DNA from: Microthyrium microscopicum
Taxonomy: Eukaryota
Assembly: GCA_010405405.1 (NCBI GenBank)
Contig: MU004237.1
Coordinates: 2,181,345-2,245,344 of the forward strand
Direction of reading: 5' to 3'
DNA length: 64,000 nt
Shown here: positions 1 to 12,800 of the stretch, piece by piece
How the letters are laid out: every line of letters starts with the position of its first letter
Numbering within the stretch: position 1 is the first letter of the stretch
Notes under the pieces: generated by a model
What the model was told of the DNA's origin: nothing
What the model saw: the letters and a program-made list of their open reading frames with translations, nothing else
The model's database searches: none
Translations under genes and position numbers: made by a program

Positions 1-1224
1 TCGACGGCAGCAACACTCAGTGCAACCACACCTGGTCTTCCACTGAGCAGAACGTCAACTTCGTCGGCACCTGCTCTGACTCCCACACTCGCTTCAAGCT
101 GTCAGGCACTTCCGATGGTGGTGGATGGGTCGATGTCTACCGCGTGGCCGAGTAAGTTTTCCCCCAGTTCCTCACTATCTTTTGTTATAGCTAACCATCC
201 GTTCCCAGTGCCTCTGCCTACAACCACGGCGTTGCGCAGGTTCCTGTCAGCAGCCTCAGCTGCAGCCAGAACAATGGCTGGATCGTCTGTCAGAGTCGCG
301 GAGGTATTGGCATGTCCACTCAGCGCGAGGGTGGAAGCATCCCTTAGACGGGTTCTTGGATCATGTCGGCTTGTCTGCTTGTGAATCGACTTTGCCATTT
401 TGTGACGTGGCCAGTGGTGGACGGTGATGGCGATTTGAAGGAATTGCGATTTGTACCTGGGCTTTGAGCTACTTTAGATCATCCGCAGATTAGAGGATCG
501 ATCAAATAAAACAGTACACATTCATCTTCGTTGTTTTTATGCCAACTGTAGTTTTTGTAAGGCCCTCGTGCGGTGATAGGGGCATCATCTCTTTCCAAGG
601 TTCTCTTAACAGCTCCAGTTGCGCCACCATAATTGCACTTACTTGCACACTTCAATGATCGATAGATTATTTGGCGACAGTCAACAAGCGCGTCGTATAT
701 ATCTTCAAGCCTTGCCAATGAACTTTTCGATGGATGGTCAACCTTGGAATCCCGTTCATGGGATGAGGTCAAGCCTCACACAGCCCCGGTTGGCCGCAGT
801 TTCTCGTCTATGAGTCAACAAATCACCCGTCTAACTGGTTTCGGACACCTTTACTTCTTTGACTTCATTTTGTCTGTAAATCGGGACATATTCTATCCAT
901 TTGCCCAAAAAGGTACTCCAGGGCAGAGTCACTGCGGTAGGAGCTGTCATAGCAGGAGTGGCAGGTTTGCTTGAGCTGTGGGATGCGACACAATGCCAGC
1001 AAGCCGCAAAGTATCCGTGATGGATGAACCTATCAAATGAATATGTCCTCTGAATCCTCACATCTTGCAATAAATATCGCTCCATGCCTTGCCAGTCTCT
1101 TACAAGGTCACATTTAATTTCCTCGCTCAAGAGCTTCGCCATCATACCTGTTCGAGGGACCACCCCATTCCACCTCCAACAACAATCCAACCACATAGCA
1201 AAACACAACACAAACTCAAAACCA

Positions 1225-4200
1225 ATGGCGTCCTTGGGCTCATTCCAAATATCATCGACCCAAACCGCCCTGGCCATAGTCCCCTTAGCAACATACACTG
1301 AATCCGTCGACACCTTCCGCGCCAAACACGACAAAGCTCACGGCAAATGGCCATCACATATCAACCTCATATACCCCTTCGTCCCACCCTCCCAACTAAC
1401 ATCCGCAATCGCCTGCATAAAGCACAGTCTCACTGAAGACTGGATAGGCGGTTTCAACGTCAATTGCGATTCACTGGGTGTCTTCCGACATGCCAAGAGC
1501 GCAACGCTATTTCTACAACCGCATGAAACGAGCGCTGAGACGTTGATACGGCTCAGGAAGGTGTTGGTGAATAGCTTGGGATGTGCGGAGAATGAAGGCC
1601 TGCATGATGGGGAGTATCGGCCGCATTGGACGGTTGGGCAGTCTGCGGTTACGGATAAATCGGTGGAGGGATTGAAGGATAAGGCGAAGGGGCTTGTTGG
1701 TGTTGATTGGGATGTCGTATCGCTGGTTGTGCTGAAGAGACGGGGACCTGGTGGGCCAATGGATATTGTGGAGCGGTATGTGTTCTTGTGTGGGGTGGTT
1801 TGAAGGTTTGAGATTGACTGACTATTGGTTAGGATTGAACTAGGACCAGTGATACAGAAACAGGCTCCTGAGAAGCAGTTGGGCTGGCTTGCAGAGGCTT
1901 CTTCAAGTCCTGCGGCTCTACCTACACCGAAGAACTGGCATGAATGCTACCATTATCGAACTGATGGGGACTGCTGGGAACCATTCACCGCATCGGACAG
2001 CAAAACAGCGACCATATCAGAGGTTGTCGTGAGCAGCATCAATTTGATGGTCGAAGAGTACGCAGCACCATTCGAAGAACGATTTCCTCTTGTGATCAAA
2101 GCACTGGAGAAACTACAATACCTCTCGAGCAAACGTTCAAGCATACTCTGCCTGCAAGAAGTGAGCCCAGAAATGCTCCCAATAATTCTCAGTCATCCCG
2201 CAATTCAGGAACTATATCCTTACTCAACACACTCGCTAGAGTCCCGGCTTCCCAGTCATCGAAATCAGATCAGTCTCTCTTCCTTACCTTTCTCGCGTTA
2301 TCATATGAAGTTTGAAGAGCCACATAAGGCAAGTGTCATCATCCGACTCAGCGGCACAAACACTACTATCGCCAACGTTCACTTAACCAGTGGGCTAACA
2401 GAAGAAGCTGTAACGAGAAAAACATCTCAGATGATTGTTCTGACTAGGTTCTTGGAACAGAATGAGCTGTTGGAATCCACAATATTCGCAGGAGACTTTA
2501 ATATCTCAACGTCACTTGCAACCATTCAAACTGCCATCGAAAAGGGACTCATTAAACCAGACACTGCACAAAATCTCCAATCAATCATCGACTTGGATCA
2601 TTGGGAAGATTCTTATCTAGAAGCCAATGATAGTGCCCACGACCTCGATGATGAGGAGACTGGAGAAGATGGTGCTACGTTCAACCCCCAGGAGAATTCG
2701 TGGGCTGCAATGAGCAGAGCGCCAGTCGATCGCCGTCCACAGAGATTTGATCGCATTATTTATCGAAGAAATGGTCTGATCAAGGCTGTCGACTATGGCA
2801 TGACCACCCTCTCATCGGCGGATGGCAAGTTTGCTAGTGACCATTATGGTATCTTTGCAAAACTGCAAATTGCTGAGCCTAAACCACGGCCACTGGCTTC
2901 ACTCGCTTACGATATGTCCAAAGTACAGCTGGCTGAGCATAAGATTGAGATCGTTCAAGACGATACCGATATATCAGAGCTACTCAACGCGTACCTTCCA
3001 ACTGACGAAGACCGAAAGGCAAGAGAGAAAGCTCTTGAAACTCTTACCGCTGGCCTCAATCAAGGCAATTCGGCAGAAAGCATCATACTGGCTCCTCTCG
3101 GAAGCTATGCACTAGACACCTACCTCGCCAACTCCGACATCGATGTCCTGGCAATCGGCTCTATCACTTCTCGAGCCTTCTTCGACTCCATAATCGCACA
3201 TCTGAAGTCTATCGAAGGTGTTTCCAACTCGTCACTCCATCTAATCAACTCCTTGGTGCAAATCGTTGAAGTGACCATCAATGGTATCAAAATCGATATT
3301 CAATATTGTCAGGCGTTCGAACTTCTTGAGGCACACTGGGCGAACCTTCAAACTCCGCTTAAGAAATTAGTGTTCGAACAGGAAGTAGTCGAGTCCCTGC
3401 GGCCTACATCGCTCCGCCCTCTAAACACATATCGCGATGCGGCATACTTGCTCAACACTATGCCATTCATCGACTCATATCGCACTGCCCATCGGCTCCT
3501 TGCACTATTTATGCAGCGCCGCGGGCTATACTCTGCAAGATACGGTTACTTGGGAGGCATCCATCTGTCACTTATGCTGAATCGAGTCACCAAACTTGCC
3601 GCTGCCCAACTAGACGACCACAAGGAATCCAGTCCATCGACTCTCTCTCCAGCGACCCTAGTGCGCACCTTCTTTGGCCACTATTCCAATATCGACTGGA
3701 CCAACATCGCCATCACTGACCCGACCCTCCCACCCCGCTACTCAGAGAAACGGTGCACGCGCGAACCAGTTCTCATCCCCTGTCTCTTCGTTCCGTCAGC
3801 ACGCCCAAATGTGGCAGCCAGCTGCTCACGCCTATCGGCCGATGCTTTCACGACCGAATTCAGCGCCGCTCGCGATCTCCTGGCCGATGGTGCCTGGAGC
3901 CGGGTCTTGCGGAACAGCAGTGAAAGCATCAGCGATTTCCTGAACGGCAGTGAACTCTTCATCCGCGTACACCTATCACTGTGGAACATGCACACCACAC
4001 CATCCAGCGATGTTCGTTCCGCCATTGGCACACTAGAGGCTAAGATGCCGTCCCTTCTAGTAGCCCTCAGCAAAGTTGAGGACATGAGTTCTCGCGTGTG
4101 GCCAGCGCGCTTCGCACAGCCTGCAACGAATGCAGATGTGAATATGGATGAGGCGAGCGGATACTGGCTTGTCGCTGTCAGTCCTCGCCACGATGAGTTC

Positions 4201-4776
4201 GTGGATGTGACAGACGAGCGCAAGAAATTGATCCATGGGAAGGTCTTGTCTGCCGCACGCGCGTTTGAGCGCACTCTGAAGATGGCTCACGCGCTTGACG
4301 CGGAGCGGTCCTTTGTGCAGGTCGAGGTAGTAGGCAAGAAGAAAATTTGGGATATGGGGTTGGAGATCGATGGACGAGATTGGCCTTCTTATGCCAAACA
4401 AGACTCAGGCTCTCCTACCACATCTACTGCTACAGCTACACAAACATCAAGGGCGAGTGAGACTTCTGAACGGAAGGTGGAGCACGAGTCAGGAAGTTCA
4501 GGCAAAGGCAAACTACGCCCCGTACAAGACATCATTGCCCGGATCAAGTGGGATGAAGACTACGAAGTTAAAGACTTCGTGGTCGGGTACGAGGATCGAT
4601 TTTATGGGGTTATGGAGATTGATTTGGCAAGCTGGAAGACTGAGCAGACGGATTTGGAGTTCATTCCTAGCCATCGTATTGTGTGGATTGGTAGGAAGGG
4701 AGGCGCCAAAGTCTGGGATCGGAGATTAAGACTTGATCGTGTATTTGGGAGTGGTGCTAAGAAAGCTGAGGAGTAG
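1225..4776 (+). CDS. Multidomain RNA end-processing protein: 2H phosphoesterase (LigT-like) + endonuclease/exonuclease/phosphatase + poly(A) polymerase-like nucleotidyltransferase + C-terminal MJ1316 domain
   Basis: ATG 1225. One intron 1776-1832 (GTATGT..ACTGAC..TAG) joins ORF 1084-1803 in frame to ORF 1825-4776. Motifs: 2H HINL/HWTV; EEP LQEV, NVHL, GDFN, FDRI, SDH; nucleotidyltransferase GSY..SDIDVL and GYLGG; MJ1316-like DIIARIKWD..VGYEDRF..IPSHRI..VWDR. Confidence 0.88.
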
Positions 4777-4798
4777 ATATGTAACGATACTCTCTACG

Positions 4799-4830
4799 GG
4801 CAACCAATAATTGAGGCAACCAATAATTGA
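4799..4830. repeat. Perfect 16-nt tandem duplication in a 3' UTR
   Basis: GGCAACCAATAATTGA occurs twice, just after the stop at 4776. Confidence 0.9.
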
Positions 4831-5463
4831 CTTTCAAGAACTAATGACTTCTTCTGAGTTTGGTAAAATCAAGATCTCCTAAGTGCCGTCAACTACTTCC
4901 TTAGCCATTTGGCAATGAGGTGTTCCAAACCTCTGTTGCCTTCTTGAGATTATAAATCTTTTTAGAGCCTACAGAAAGCACATGAAAAGATGATGCTGCG
5001 ACTCAGGAATCAGGAGTAGATTTTGGTACCAGCAAAGTACTTGGCGACTGAACCCACGGACTTACTTCACGCCAAGGCAACGATTCAGCAATCATGAAAG
5101 CAATTTCATGGGCATACCTAAGCCACCTGTTGATGTAAATGTGAGTCAGGTCATCAAGAACGATAACAAAAAAAATTGATAACGACTCATATAAGGCTGA
5201 CAAGGCTGAAAACGACTTCACAAGTGACCAATCATAGGGCCTGAATTAGTGATCGGCCCGAATATTTGGCAACATCATCCGAGCCCCACTAACGTTTGTT
5301 CTTTCCCCACCATCAACGCCAAAACGTTCTCGAGCTCTAGAAAGACGACGCTGCCTTTGACACGCCTTTATTGTCTTGGTCGCAACTCTTGTAGTCTGAT
5401 ATCTATCATCTTCCACGCCTCAGAGACCTTGGCCAGCAAGCCTATTGCCTACTGAACGACACC

Positions 5464-7598
5464 ATGCCTGACAAATTGACGAGGTAGCATTCCGCTCATG
5501 CGTTGGGCATAAGCAATGACTGACTGAGCTTTTAGAATCGCCATTATCAATTCTGACAAGTGCAAGCCGAAAGTATATGCCCTGCCTAAATTGTCGAAGA
5601 ACGTAGCTAACTGTTCCCAAGAAATGTCGACAAGAATGCAAGAAATCTTGCCCCGTTGTTCGTACTGGAAAACTATGCATTGAGGTTGAGCCAACTTCCC
5701 GCATCGCCTTCATTTCTGAACGGCTATGTATTGGATGCGGTACGTACTCCTCAGCTACTTTGTACTCTGAGGTACAGAGAATAGCATACCCTGCTGTTCA
5801 TACATTTTGACTTCTTCCGAACAAAGACTAACAAATATCAGGTATCTGCCCCAAGAAATGTCCTTTTGATGCCATTATGATCATCAATCTCCCTACCAAT
5901 CTCGATTCCATGATTACCCATCGATATTCGGCCAACAGTTTCAAACTTCATCGTCTTCCTATGCCTCGACCCGGACAAGTACTTGGATTGGTTGGAACAA
6001 ACGGTATCGGCAAGAGTACCGCATTGAAGATTCTTTCTGGCAAACTGAAGCCAAATTTGGGGCGATTTGACAATCCTCCGGACTGGGAAGAGATCCTTCG
6101 CTATTTCAGAGGCTCGGAGCTACAAAGTGCGTATATTATAAATCTTAGGAACTGTGATGCTCCAATTGGACCGAACCCCGGCACTTGCATCGCAGTCTCC
6201 TATTACGGACCGAGAATGAAGTACTAACAATCATTAGACTATTTTACCAAAGTCCTCGAAGACGATCTCAAGGCCGTTGTCAAACCCCAATATGTTGATC
6301 AAATTCCAAAAGCTGTTGCGAAAAGCGCAGACAAGACTGTTGGAGGTCTCATCAATGCTCGAGCCCAGACCTCACAAAAGGAAGAAATCATGGAGGTTTT
6401 GGAGTTGAACCACGTCTTGGACCGTGAAATTGGTCTACTCTCTGGTGGAGAGCTTCAGCGATTCGCTATTGCCACAGTCTGTGTTCAGAAGGCTGACGTT
6501 TACATGTTTGACGAGCCATCTTCTTTCCTTGATGTCAAGCAACGTCTCAATGCTGGTCGTATTATCCGTAATCTTCTTCGACCTGATGACTATGTCATTG
6601 TGGTTGAGCACGACCTTTCCATTCTGGACTATCTTTCGGATTTCATCTGCGTTCTCTACGGAAAGCCAGCCGTTTACGGTGTCGTTACTCTACCAGCTTC
6701 AGTTCGTGAAGGTATCAACATCTTCCTCGATGGCAATATCCCAACTGAGAATTTACGATTCCGTGAAGAGTCTCTACAATTCCGCATTGGCGAAGCCGGT
6801 GAGGAGTTCCTCATTGATCATGATCAGGCATATGGCTATCCAGCCATGACAAAGACTCTTGGCGGCTTCAACCTCACTATCGAGGCTGGCCAATTCACCA
6901 ACTCTGAAATCATCGTCATGATGGGTGAAAACGGAACAGGCAAGACCACGTTCTGTCGAATGCTTGCAGGAGCCGAACAACCGGATGGAACTAAGAAGAT
7001 GCCTGGTCTCAACGTCTCCATGAAGCCTCAGAAGATTACGCCCAAGTTTCAAGGCACGGTTCGACAACTCTTCTTCAAGAAGATCAAGGCCGCCTTCCTC
7101 AATCCACAATTCCAAACCGATGTTTACAAGCCGCTCAAACTCGACGATTTCATTGACCAAGAAGTCCAAAACCTTTCCGGTGGAGAACTTCAACGTGTCG
7201 CCATCGTCCTCGCCCTCGGTATCCCCGCTGACATCTATCTCATCGACGAGCCGTCCGCCTACCTCGACTCTGAACAACGTATCATCGCCGCCCGTGTCAT
7301 CAAGCGCTATATCATGCACACCAAGAAGACCGCCTTCGTCGTCGAGCACGATTTCATCATGGCTACATACCTCGCCGATCGCGTCATTGTCTTTGACGGT
7401 GAGCCAGGCATCAAGAGTCGTGCGAATTCACCCGAAGGTCTATTGACAGGATGCAACAAGTTCCTCAAAAACTTGGATGTTACGTTCCGGCGTGATCCTA
7501 ACTCGTATCGCCCACGTATCAACAAGGCCGGCAGTCAGATGGATCAGGAGCAAAAGACTGCAGGCAATTACTTCTTCTTGGAAGATAACGATTCATGA
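5464..7598 (+). CDS. RLI1: Ribosome recycling factor Rli1/ABCE1 (Fe-S domain plus twin ABC ATPase)
   Basis: Exons 5464-5483, 5536-5572, 5622-5739, 5842-6126, 6238-7598. They give [49 protein letters not shown], Walker A motifs GTNGIGKS and [16 protein letters not shown] twice, and C-terminal GNYFFLE. Confidence 0.98.
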
Positions 7599-9134
7599 AA
7601 GGCGCCCATGGTGAATATCAATATTGTCCAATCGACGGACCAGCAATCGAATCTAGAAGCAGCAGTTCAGTGAGCGCGCGCGGCTCCGGCGGTCTGCCGG
7701 ATGAAGAAGCGGTGGGAGAGGACGACGATGAGGAAGATATCCTAGTATTTGATGCGACGATGGGAGTGGCCTCCTGTGCATACTCAAGATAGAGGCATAG
7801 AGTAAACATATCGTTTGCCTGTACGGTTCAAGCTAGGCACTGTCGTCGCTAGGTGGACTCTTTTAGGGAGGAATACCTTATCTACTTGCGGTCGGAATGA
7901 CTGCTCAAAAGCACTGCTGCGAGTGTATTGATTCAACACTAGTCGTTTTTGAATGAAATATCACGGCGCCTTGATCTGTTTCCAAACCATCGCGAACTGA
8001 CAGTGGGAAGTGATATAGCCAAATTGGCGTGCTCAAAGCGAAGCCACCCATATCACGGATGCAGTCACCAAAGGGAGAAATGGTTTAAGAGAGAATATAG
8101 ATCGCTTCATTGCTCTAGTAGACATATCATCACACCCAGTATGCCATCCAAACAACCACACACACACATAGCCTACAAAAACACCCAACAGCCAAAATGC
8201 ATAACCATTGATATCATAGGATCTCGCCGAATCCAGTCTCCGTTTCCCAAAGCGTTAAGCCGGGAAAATGTATTTGTTTCCCCAAAGGTAACACCACAAC
8301 CACACACATGTAACAAAAACGCCCCATTTCCGCAAAAAAAAAAAGATATCATGTCGCATATGCACACACTGGCACTATGCAGACGGAGTATTTCCCAATT
8401 GTAAACCCACAAGTAAAACGCTCCCAAGAATTTCTCCCTCGTTTCAGGTTGACATATAGAGACATATCATAACAAACAACAACAAAATGACAAAGATGGG
8501 GAAGGCCAAATCTAGTTTATGTAAAAAGGTGTTTTTTTGACGACAAAGTCGAAATGAAATGCTGGAAAAGATGCTTGTTTTTACCATCATGCTTTGCTTG
8601 CAAAATAAAAGAGGATATCATAAAAAGAAGACATGTTCATGTCTGCAACGCCGTGCCTGTGCTGGAACCAAGGGAGAATCACCGCTATTTGTGTATCAAA
8701 AAATGTCGAGTATGGTTGGAAAGGTTTGTCGCCCGCGTATTAAGAGTATCGTCCGATAGTGGGGATAGAGATGTTGAGTGGGCGAGGACGTTAATCGAGG
8801 TTGATGTTAAATGAGTAGAATGGGACTTTGTACAGATGTAGGTGCTAGGTGAAAGCCCGACATTTCGTAATCATTATTGACGTGGAAGATTGAGATATCC
8901 TTTCAAAGGTTGTGAGATTTTTAAAAAAGTGGTGTAGATGGTAAAAGGTGGTGTTGAAGAAGTGAAATAGTGGTGTCCACTTAGCCCTGGCAAAGCAAAT
9001 CGTAGAACGCTGGCATGAAGTGATATCCCATCGTCGCTTGTAAAGAAAATGCCGTCTCATATGTCAAATGAAATAAGGAAGAAGATAGTTGAGAGCGTGG
9101 TTACAGTCCGTCGCAAAGTGTTTGAGTGGACGAA

Positions 9135-9817
9135 CTACCACGCCCGTCGAGGCATGAATTGTTGGGCCTGTAACATTTGACGTGCTGGGGAGACGGATGG
9201 TGGTGGAGAAGCGACATTGCGTGTTGATGGGTCGACGATGGGAATTGCCTTTGCGCCAGTTCGCTGAGCCAGGGGTTGATGGAGCTTTTGGGTGTGGGAT
9301 TGGAAAGATGGGAAAGAGTTTGATGGTGGTAGGAGGAAGGTTGGAGCGGGTTGAATTTGCTGAGTCACAGGAGATTGCTCGGGGGAGCTGCTTGCCAGTG
9401 AGGAGCGATCTGATCCAGAGCTCATAGATTGAAGCTGTAGAAAACCATACATCAGCAACTGTATGAAGTAGACAAAGAAAGTATACAAAAGCAAAGCAAA
9501 CAAATGCTTCACTCGGGTGATGATCAACTTACATCGTCATCGGTCATGAGGTTGAAAGGGCAAAACAATTCATCGTCGTCAAAGTCAAAGGATCGAGCAG
9601 CATCGAATTCTCGACGAAAGAGTAGAGCTCGTTCCATTGCGGACTCTTCAGCCTCTTTTTGTAACCTTAGCTGCCGCATTTGTTTTTGATGTTGCTGGTG
9701 ATGGTGGGCGGCTGAAGCCCTTGTCGCTCTTCTTGATCGGCCGGCATGATGGTTATGCGAATTGTGTAGATTCGAATGAGAAGAGTGATGCTGAGGCGCA
9801 AAGTAAAAGTTTGACAT
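9135..9817 (-). CDS. Conserved fungal protein of about 194 aa, probably DUF4452 family
   Basis: ATG 9817. Intron 9532-9435 (GTAAGT..CTGAT..CAG) joins two ORFs in frame. Motif ARSFDFDDDELFCP, His-rich N-terminus, AIPIVDP. The family name is from recall. Confidence 0.75.
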
Positions 9818-12800
9818 GGTTGCAGTCAGATTGAGTAGCAATATGGCAGAGTTTGAGTGGTGGTTGAAAGGAGCTGATAAGCAGGATCAGAACAACAACA
9901 AAGACCAGGGTGGTATGTAAGCGACGGAGTTGACGGAAGGGCGGATGGTTGTTGTACAAGAGTAATTGTAAATGAGGATAGCGTTCAAGAATAGTGTGGA
10001 TTGTTGGTAGAGAGTAATTATTATGGAATGGTGGAGGAATGCGAAGAACCGAAAGCGGATGATGGAGAGAGGTGGAGGGGATGGGGAGGGTAGATGAAGG
10101 CAAGAGCAAGGCAGGCACAAAGAGTAAAAGGCAGGAGCAGACCGTGGGACAGCTGGGGAGGGAAAGTGCTGAGTGGACAGACAGGCAGGCACTGCTGGGA
10201 ACTTGGAGAACTTGGGAAGGGAAGGGTCGGTCGGCAGGGTGGGCCTGGGGAGGAAAGGGCTCTGGGAGTCTGTCTGGCCTAGCGCTGGGCTCGCTGGCTT
10301 TAGTCGCTGCAAAAGCTTGCTCTCCAGTCTTCTCTGAGAGTCTGCTGCTCTGCTCGCATGGCAGCACACACAAGAGCAAAACCAGCCCCGGTCAAGGAAA
10401 GCGCAGCCTACTAACCAATCATATTCCTCAAATGCGACCGGGCTACCCGCACCCAGTCCTTTACAAAGCTGCAGATGAAAGGCAGGCGGAGGCAGGCACA
10501 CGCTTGTCCAGGCCTGCCCACCGCCTCTTAGCTGCAGGCCCGGGCGTTTTCCCACGCTTTTGACTGGCTAGCGCTGAATTCCTGGCGCCGTCTCACTGGT
10601 CATTCCCAGGCGCATTGACGCAGAGCTTGGCCTCTTGAGGGCTAGTGCAAACTTAGCGGGATCAAAACTGCACCCGCACGAGTAATTGCGGTCCCAAGTC
10701 GCCACTTCCGGGCAGTGGATGCTGTGGGTGGCCACTTCCGATCTGGTTCCAATTCTGAACCTTCATTTCATTTCCAACCTGCACCATTGATTATCCATGC
10801 TTCTATCAGATTCAATTATGACAATCTTCCCCTCAAGCAAGACCTTTCCCGCCTTAAAATCGTGAGATAAGTTTCCGAGAGATGGTTATGTATCTTCACA
10901 ATGTCCATATCAATCCTAAATTATGTGCTGGCGCCCATGTTAGATGATATTTGAAGCTGTTGAGCGCTTGCAGATTAGCAAACAACTGTCGTGGAATATT
11001 AGCGCTTGCTTGGCCGCATCTGACAATGCAGTAGTCTACGCTAGCTCTGCTGTGCCTGGTCCTTGCACATTACCAGATGCGATATCTGTGAGGCCTCATG
11101 GCATCGAACTCTCGTAGCACTGCTAGAATGCAACCTATACATGACCATATTCAGTTACAGATCTGTCAATCAAGACAGCAACGAGATGCAGGTCGTGCCT
11201 AGTTCAATTCGATTCCTGCTTCCACCAGGTTTATTATTGCTTCTATCATTTTCTATATCGTCAACAACATCGTGAGATATCAATGTAGGTTTGCGGATAG
11301 ACAATTGCTTACGACCTAGATCTAGCCTTCATTTATAACCTTGTATTAGCCTCTCCATCCCCTTCAATGGCGCCCATAAGGTCCCCACCACCATTCAAGG
11401 GTGCATGAGATACCCCTCGATATCTCCGCCACCTTTTAGCATCCCCAGACTTAGCCTTCCATCTGCGAAGATAATGTTCACCCCTGATGTCAAAGGAGTA
11501 ACCGAACCATCATGTCTTCAATCGTTCATTATTGAAAGTAGTTGCGCCTCGATATCAGGCTGTGTACTACAACCTAACCTCCAACTACTCAACATCGGGT
11601 ATCAAATCCTTCAAGCACGAGAAGCTGCTGCGCCTACTCCGAAGCAAAAGATGAATTGTCCAATCAAGCCCCTCCCCATCTACATCAGAAATCCTATTAT
11701 TCTTAGCCAGACTTTGAATATGCAGATCCTTCTTCAACGTGAACGAACGGCCACCCCCGGCCTCGGTTTCACCTTATCAAATTGAAAACCCTTGGCGGAA
11801 TGCCCTATCCAGTCCCGGCTGTCCAGCAACTTGCTTGAACTATTATAGCAACATCCCAAACTTGACGCTTGCATACTTCTTCTTCTATCCCATCTACGTT
11901 GTCCAAATATACCACAACAGTTCTATTATAGAACAAAGTGTACATGCATCGTCCAATCTACCCTATGCCTCTGCTGCTTCAGCATCAACATCCACCGTTA
12001 CCTATTCTCATGAACCACTCGTCATCATTTCAACAAGGCAATTATTCGTTGTCTGTATGAAGTATGACAGATGGTGCTTGTTGGCAGTACTTGCATGTTT
12101 GACCTTCTTAAGCCCATGTGCAGAACTCCATACTCCCCCATCAAGCACAGGCAAGCATCGTCAACCACCCCTACCACACATACTACTCACAAACCATTGA
12201 ATTATCCAATATCTCCCCTACACACCGCCCAAATCCCCAATCCAGCACCCGTATCCCAATATCCCCAACCCGCTCCGACCTCGCATCTTATAGAACCAAC
12301 TATGAGAAACCAGCCAATCCCCATGTCCATGTCTATCACGATATATTACAATTCCAAGGTCCCCGTCGATCCTAACGCTGACCACCCAACATCAGCCAAC
12401 GCAGGCCACAGCAAAATCATGCCCTCGTTTCTTCGCCGAACGATACCCATGCGCATCTGAGCGTACAGTCTGTATGGTGCTTTGTCACGAAGGATACCTT
12501 ATCCTTGTGTCATCCCACGCTCTCTTGTGCGATGAACTGTTTCATCTACTTCTTGGCATGCACCAATGCCAGCAGAGCAAGCAGAGCTAGCAGAGCCGCA
12601 CAGTATATTCCGGAACCTTGGATTCCTTTGTTTCTTCTGCTTGGGCACAGTAACCCTTAACGATCTGGCTTCGTGAGACTATGAACCCCAAAACCGTTGA
12701 AAGATGCCCCACGAACCCGTGGTTATAGACGTTGCGGACGGTCGGTTGCACAAATAACTTGCGTGCGTGATTCCCTGTAAATAGATTCCTGGCGCCAATC

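Noticed and set aside
1..772. Minus-strand ORFs 102-398 (frame stays open past its TGA to the window edge) and 479-772 as a gene
   Set aside because: No recognisable motifs or consistent splice model. It could be a pseudogene but cannot be supported at the window edge.
5760..5830. TPP riboswitch in RLI1 intron 3 (CTGAG..ATACCC)
   Set aside because: It lacks the downstream GAACYTGAT..GATAAT..GCG core, and the gene is not thiamine-related.
9753..10563. Long overlapping ORFs (208, 222 and 163 aa) upstream of the DUF4452-like gene
   Set aside because: They have non-ATG starts and low-complexity translations expected from stop-poor CT-rich leader or promoter DNA.
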